Source: a virus (Duplodnaviria > Heunggongvirae > Uroviricota > Caudoviricetes). From it: DNA of 25,957 nt. A program made the position numbers and the translations under genes. Below, piece by piece: positions 21,455-25,957 of this stretch (the stretch's first letter is position 1; the number at the start of each line of letters is the position of its first letter). The stretch lies in the IMG/VR virus record IMGVR_UViG_2693429508_000004; one strand, given 5' to 3'. The notes beneath the pieces are model-generated. The model was not told the origin of the DNA, made no database searches, and saw nothing but the letters and a program-made list of their open reading frames with translations.

Positions 21455-21474
21455 AGGTAACACAGTGTTATGAC

Positions 21475-21501
21475 AGCCCGCCGGTTCAGGCGGGCTTTTT
21501 T
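21475..21501 (+). terminator. Intrinsic terminator after lom
   Basis: AGCCCGCC-GGTTCA-GGCGGGCT followed by TTTTTT. Confidence 0.65.
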
Positions 21502-21512
21502 GTGGGGTGAAT

Positions 21513-24500
21513 ATGGCAGTAAAGATTTCAGGTGTACTGAAAGACGGCACAGGAAAACCGGTACAGAACTGCACAATCCAGCTGAAAGCAAAACGTAACA
21601 GCACCACGGTGGTGGTGAACACGCTGGCCTCAGAAAATCCGGATGAAGCCGGGCGTTACAGCATGGACGTTGAGTACGGTCAGTACAGCGTTATTCTGTT
21701 GGTGGAAGGATTCCCGCCGTCACATGCCGGGACCATCACCGTGTATGAAGATTCCCGACCCGGTACGCTGAATGATTTTCTCGGTGCCATGACGGAGGAT
21801 GATGCCCGTCCGGAGGCACTGCGCCGTTTTGAGCTGATGGTGGAAGAGGTGGCGCGTAACGCGTCCGCGGTGGCACAGAACATGGCAGCCGCGAAGAAAT
21901 CAGCCAGCGATGCCAGCACATCAGCCCGTGAGGCGGCAACCCATGCGACTGATGCTGCAGATTCAGCACGTGCAGCCAGCACGTCAGCCGGACAGGCCGC
22001 TTCGTCGGCTCAGTCAGCGTCTTCCAGCGCAGGAACGGCATCAACAAAGGCCACTGAAGCCTCAAAAAGTGCTGCCGCTGCAGAGTCCTCAAAAAGCGCG
22101 GCGGCTACCAGTGCCGGTGCGGCGAAAACGTTAGAAACGAATGCGGCAGCGTCACAACAATCAGCAGCCACTTCTGCATCCACCGCGACCACGAAAGCGT
22201 CAGAAGCTGCCACCTCAGCCCGGGATGCGTCGGCTTCAAAAGAGGCGGCAAAATCATCAGAAACGAACGCATCATCAAGCGCCAGTAGCGCAGCTTCCTC
22301 GGCGACGGCGGCTGCAAATTCTGCGAAGGCGGCCAAAACGTCCGAGACGAACGCCAGGTCTTCTGAAACGGCAGCGGGACAGAGTGCCTCAGCTGCGGCA
22401 GGCTCAAAAACAGCGGCTGCGTCGTCTGCCAGCGCCGCGTCAACAAGTGCCGGGCAGGCCTCAGCCAGTGCCACCGCCGCCGGAAAATCGGCAGAAAGCG
22501 CCGCATCATCCGCTTCAACAGCCACAACGAAGGCTGGCGAAGCCACTGAGCAGGCCACGGCAGCAGCGAGGTCAGCTTCCGCAGCGAAGACATCCGAAAC
22601 GAACGCGAAAGCGTCGGAAACCCGTGCAGAATCCTCAAAAACGGCTGCCGCATCGTCCGCCAGTTCGGCGGCGTCATCGGCATCATCGGCGTCTGCTTCA
22701 AAAGATGAGGCGACCAGACAGGCGTCAGCAGCGAAGGGCAGCGCCACGACGGCATCCACGAAGGCGACAGAGGCTGCTGGTAGTGCGACGGCAGCAGCTC
22801 AGAGCAAAAGTACGGCGGAATCTGCAGCAACGCGCGCTGAGACAGCGGCAAAACGGGCAGAGGATATTGCATCCGCCGTGGCGCTGGAGGATGCGAGCAC
22901 GACGAAAAAGGGGATAGTACAGCTCAGTAGTGCGACTAACAGCACTTCCGAGTCACTGGCGGCAACACCAAAAGCCGTTAAGGCCGCGTATGACCTGGCT
23001 AACGGGAAATACACCGCACAGGATGCAACGACAGCACAGAAAGGGATAATCCAGCTAAGCAGCGCGACCAACAGCACGTCTGAAACGCTGGCGGCAACGC
23101 CAAAGGCAGTAAAAGCAGCCAATGACAATGCTGAGAAACGTCTGCAGAAAGATCAGAACGGTGCGGATATCCCTGGCAAAGACACCTTTACGAAAAATAT
23201 TGGTGCCTGCCGTGCCTTCGGTGGGTCAGTAAGCACAACAACAGGAAACTGGACGACTGCACAGTTTATCGAGTGGCTGGATTCTCAGGGAGCATTTAAC
23301 CATCCATACTGGATGTGCAAGGGTTCCTGGTCTTATGGCAATAATAAAATCATTACTGATACTGGCTGCGGTAATATTCATCTCGCCGGAGCTGTCATTG
23401 AAGTAATGGGGATAAAGTCAGCGATGACGATCCGCATTACCACTCCGACCACATCCAGCGGTGGCGGAACAACCAACGCCCAGTTTACCTATATTAATCA
23501 CGGAACAGATTATTCACCTGGCTGGCGAAGGGACTATAACTCCAGAAATAAGCCAACGGCATCAGAGATCGGGGCGCTACCGTCAGGTGGAACAGCAGTA
23601 TCATCAGTTAATCTGGCTTCAAAAGGTCGGGTAGCCGCGCTGACAGACAATACGCAGGGGGCAGCAGGTCTTGAGTTATACGAGGTGTATAACAACGGAT
23701 ATCCAACAGCGTATGGAAATATCATTCACCTGAAAGGGATGACAGCCGTTGGCGAAGGTGAGTTACTCATCGGCTGGAGTGGTACAAGCGGTGCTCATGC
23801 TCCGGCATTTATTCGTTCACGACGGGATACGACCGACGCAAACTGGTCGCCGTGGGCGCAGCTTTACACCTCGGCTCATCCTCCTGCAGAGTTTTATCCA
23901 GTCGGTGCACCAATCCCGTGGCCATCAGATACCGTTCCGTCTGGTTATGCCCTGATGCAGGGGCAGACTTTTGACAAATCTGCTTACCCGAAACTTGCAG
24001 CCGCTTATCCGTCAGGCGTGATCCCTGATATGCGTGGCTGGACGATTAAGGGCAAGCCCGCCAGTGGTCGTGCCGTATTGTCTCAGGAACAGGATGGCAT
24101 TAAATCGCACACCCACAGCGCCAGCGCATCCAGTACGGATTTGGGGACGAAAACCACATCGTCGTTTGATTACGGCACTAAATCCACGAATAACACCGGG
24201 GCGCATACGCACAGTCTGAGCGGCTCTACAAGTTCAGCTGGGGCCCACCAACATAGTCAGACTGGGCCCAGAACGAATAGCGGGAGTCAACCTACTGGAA
24301 TGTTTCCGGCAGGGAGTACTCAAGTTAGCGGGACTAATCAGGTTGGTATCAGTGGCTCATTAACCAGTGGCACCTCCCAATGGGTAGGTAAATCATCTTC
24401 AGAAGGAAACCATACACACTCACTGTCCGGCACAGCAGCATCTGCGGGTGCACACGCGCATACTGTCGGTATTGGTGCTCATACGCACTCTGTTGCGATT

Positions 24501-24596
24501 GGTTCACATGGACACACCATCACCGTTAACGCTGCTGGTAACGCGGAAAACACCGTCAAAAACATCGCATTTAACTATATTGTGAGGCTCGCATAA
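21513..24596 (+). CDS. stf: Side tail fibre protein Stf (full-length, uninterrupted)
   Basis: [80 protein letters not shown]..., a ~370-aa Ala/Ser/Thr-rich repeat region, and the lambda Stf C-terminus with H-x-H repeats (GAHTHSLSG...GNHTHSLSG...[49 protein letters not shown]). An alternative GTG start lies at 21507. Confidence 0.92.
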   Translation: MAVKISGVLKDGTGKPVQNCTIQLKAKRNSTTVVVNTLASENPDEAGRYSMDVEYGQYSVILLVEGFPPSHAGTITVYEDSRPGTLNDFLGAMTEDDARPEALRRFELMVEEVARNASAVAQNMAAAKKSASDASTSAREAATHATDAADSARAASTSAGQAASSAQSASSSAGTASTKATEASKSAAAAESSKSAAATSAGAAKTLETNAAASQQSAATSASTATTKASEAATSARDASASKEAAKSSETNASSSASSAASSATAAANSAKAAKTSETNARSSETAAGQSASAAAGSKTAAASSASAASTSAGQASASATAAGKSAESAASSASTATTKAGEATEQATAAARSASAAKTSETNAKASETRAESSKTAAASSASSAASSASSASASKDEATRQASAAKGSATTASTKATEAAGSATAAAQSKSTAESAATRAETAAKRAEDIASAVALEDASTTKKGIVQLSSATNSTSESLAATPKAVKAAYDLANGKYTAQDATTAQKGIIQLSSATNSTSETLAATPKAVKAANDNAEKRLQKDQNGADIPGKDTFTKNIGACRAFGGSVSTTTGNWTTAQFIEWLDSQGAFNHPYWMCKGSWSYGNNKIITDTGCGNIHLAGAVIEVMGIKSAMTIRITTPTTSSGGGTTNAQFTYINHGTDYSPGWRRDYNSRNKPTASEIGALPSGGTAVSSVNLASKGRVAALTDNTQGAAGLELYEVYNNGYPTAYGNIIHLKGMTAVGEGELLIGWSGTSGAHAPAFIRSRRDTTDANWSPWAQLYTSAHPPAEFYPVGAPIPWPSDTVPSGYALMQGQTFDKSAYPKLAAAYPSGVIPDMRGWTIKGKPASGRAVLSQEQDGIKSHTHSASASSTDLGTKTTSSFDYGTKSTNNTGAHTHSLSGSTSSAGAHQHSQTGPRTNSGSQPTGMFPAGSTQVSGTNQVGISGSLTSGTSQWVGKSSSEGNHTHSLSGTAASAGAHAHTVGIGAHTHSVAIGSHGHTITVNAAGNAENTVKNIAFNYIVRLA

Positions 24597-25177
24597 TGGC
24601 ATTCAGAATGAGTGAACAAGCACGGACCATAAAAATTTATAACCTGCTGGCCGGAACTAATGAATTTATTGGTGAAGGTGACGCATATATTCCGCCTCAT
24701 ACAGGTCTGCCTGCAAACAGTACCGATATTGCACCGCCAGATATTCCGGCTGGTTTCGTGGCTGTTTTCAACAGTGATGAGTCATCGTGGCATCTCGTTG
24801 AAGATCATCGGGGTAAAACGGTTTATGACGTGGCTTCCGGCGACGCGTTATTTATTTCTGAACTCGGCTCATTACCGGAAAATGTCACCTGGTTATCCCC
24901 GGAAGGGGAGTTTCAGAAGTGGAACGGCACAGCCTGGGTGAAGGATACGGAAGCAGAAAAACTGTTCCGGATCCGGGAGGCGGAAGAAACAAAAAACAGC
25001 CTGATGCAGGTAGCCAGTGAGCATATAGCGCCGCTTCAGGATGCTGTGGATCTGGAGATCGCAACGGAGAAAGAAACCTTGTTGCTGGAAGCCTGGAAAA
25101 AGTATCGGGTGTTGCTGAACCGTGTTGATACATCAACTGCACCGGATATTGAATGGCCAGTAGCACCTATAGGGTAA
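24596..25177 (+). CDS. tfa: Tail fibre assembly protein Tfa
   Basis: 193 aa, [62 protein letters not shown]...; near-identical to lambda Tfa as recalled; start overlaps the stf stop. Confidence 0.95.
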   Translation: MAFRMSEQARTIKIYNLLAGTNEFIGEGDAYIPPHTGLPANSTDIAPPDIPAGFVAVFNSDESSWHLVEDHRGKTVYDVASGDALFISELGSLPENVTWLSPEGEFQKWNGTAWVKDTEAEKLFRIREAEETKNSLMQVASEHIAPLQDAVDLEIATEKETLLLEAWKKYRVLLNRVDTSTAPDIEWPVAPIG

Positions 25178-25260
25178 ATTCGTAATGATTACCTAAATAC
25201 GTTATTCTTTTGTTAAAAAAGTGATTTTGCTATAGGTAGGGAGTATGTTCTTGGATTAAG

Positions 25261-25294
25261 AATAAAAAATCGCCATGAAAGAGCTTCATGGCGA
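25261..25294 (-). terminator. Strong minus-strand intrinsic terminator in the AT-rich region
   Basis: Perfect 10-bp stem TCGCCATGAA (25270-25279) / TTCATGGCGA (25285-25294) with 5-nt loop; on the minus strand it is followed by TTTTTTATT (plus A-run 25261-25269). Confidence 0.55.
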
Positions 25295-25442
25295 GTACAT
25301 AAACGTACAAAATGTGATGAAAGTAGAGTGGCGTAAGCCACTATATTAAGATATGACAATAGCGAAGAAAAGTAAATAACATTTTATGGACGTTTAATTG
25401 TTAATTATAAAAACTAGAGTGCCCGATATTGTTTATCTTGCT

Positions 25443-25544
25443 TTAAAATAATGTACTCAAACCAAATTTTTGAGCTAAAAGCTCAAATAATATAAATGCA
25501 ATAATAATGTTTAATAAGACAATTAGCTTGCTTTGTATTTTCAT
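25443..25544 (-). CDS. Candidate 33-aa hydrophobic small protein (speculative)
   Basis: Hand translation of the minus strand: MKIQSKLIVLLNIIIAFILFELLAQKFGLSTLF*. One predicted transmembrane-like segment. No clear Shine-Dalgarno motif; a TTGACT-17 nt-TATTGT promoter-like element lies about 40 nt upstream on the minus strand. Confidence 0.2.
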   Translation of the reverse strand: MKIQSKLIVLLNIIIAFILFELLAQKFGLSTLF

Positions 25545-25926
25545 TTCGGAATACTGTTAAGTAACTTTGATGACCCTAACAATAGATCGGAATTTTCTTA
25601 GAGTCAATGGTCACTGTTTTTGCTTGCAAAGCAAATGTTTTGGTGGTTATAAGTTGTCTTAATATAGTCACGCATGCAACTTGTTCCATGCGGAGATTAA
25701 AGATTGGAATATAACGCGAAGATGGAATTAAATTACATTTGCAATAATCAATTTATTATTACTCAATAATTACCGATATTATTATTGTAAATTAATCATT
25801 AGAGTGCAAAAAGAAATGTAACGGCAAAATAAGAGGACGATAGCTGAGAAAAAAGCGTGCTTTCCCAATCTGGGGCAAATCACGTCTGAATGACACCTGA
25901 AAACAGGTGGTAGCCTCAAGAAGGCT

Positions 25927-25957
25927 GGTGATGCTGCCAACTTACTGATTTAGTGTA
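25927..25957 (+). mobile_element. IS1 left-end (IRL) terminal fragment; element continues beyond the window end
   Basis: GGTGATGCTGCCAACTTACTGATTTAGTGTA is the IS1 left terminus in forward orientation and the exact reverse complement of positions 18-48. Confidence 0.85.

Noticed and set aside
21680-23128. Multiple long ORFs on the minus strand and in alternate plus frames (21680..21982, 21736..22092, 22010..22759, 22105..22872, 22141..22917, 22799..23128)
   Set aside because: All lie inside the GC-rich, Ala/Ser-codon-repetitive part of stf. Such sequence is open in several frames by composition; the products are low-complexity (poly-Ala/Arg/Pro-like) and there is no room for independent genes.

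Overview
This window is the late (head and tail morphogenesis) region of a lambda-type prophage, on what looks like a scaffolded draft contig whose two ends are inward-facing IS1 termini. All identifications are from reading the sequence and ORF track and from recalled knowledge of phage lambda; no searches were run. Left to right: an IS1 end; a small minus-strand ORF that reads into IS1; two diverged copies of a YlcI/DUF3950-like gene separated by an N gap; a duplicated cos region; then the collinear lambda gene set nu1-A-W-B-C/nu3-D-E-FI-FII-Z-U-V-G/T-H-M-L-K-I-J, followed by lom, a long side tail fibre gene stf, tfa, a ~750 bp AT-rich stretch with no long ORF, and a second IS1 end. Several genes look decayed or mis-assembled: C is split by a frameshift, J carries an in-frame TGA, a frameshift and a gap-flanked duplication, and lom is frameshifted near its 3' end. 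Each of the three N gaps is flanked by diverged direct repeats, which suggests overlapping contig ends from related prophages joined without merging. The most novel-looking content is non-lambda: a ~280 bp insert between I and J carrying a promoter-to-terminator sRNA-like unit, and the AT-rich region after tfa with a strong minus-strand terminator and a 33-codon hydrophobic ORF. No rRNA, tRNA or CRISPR array was seen.
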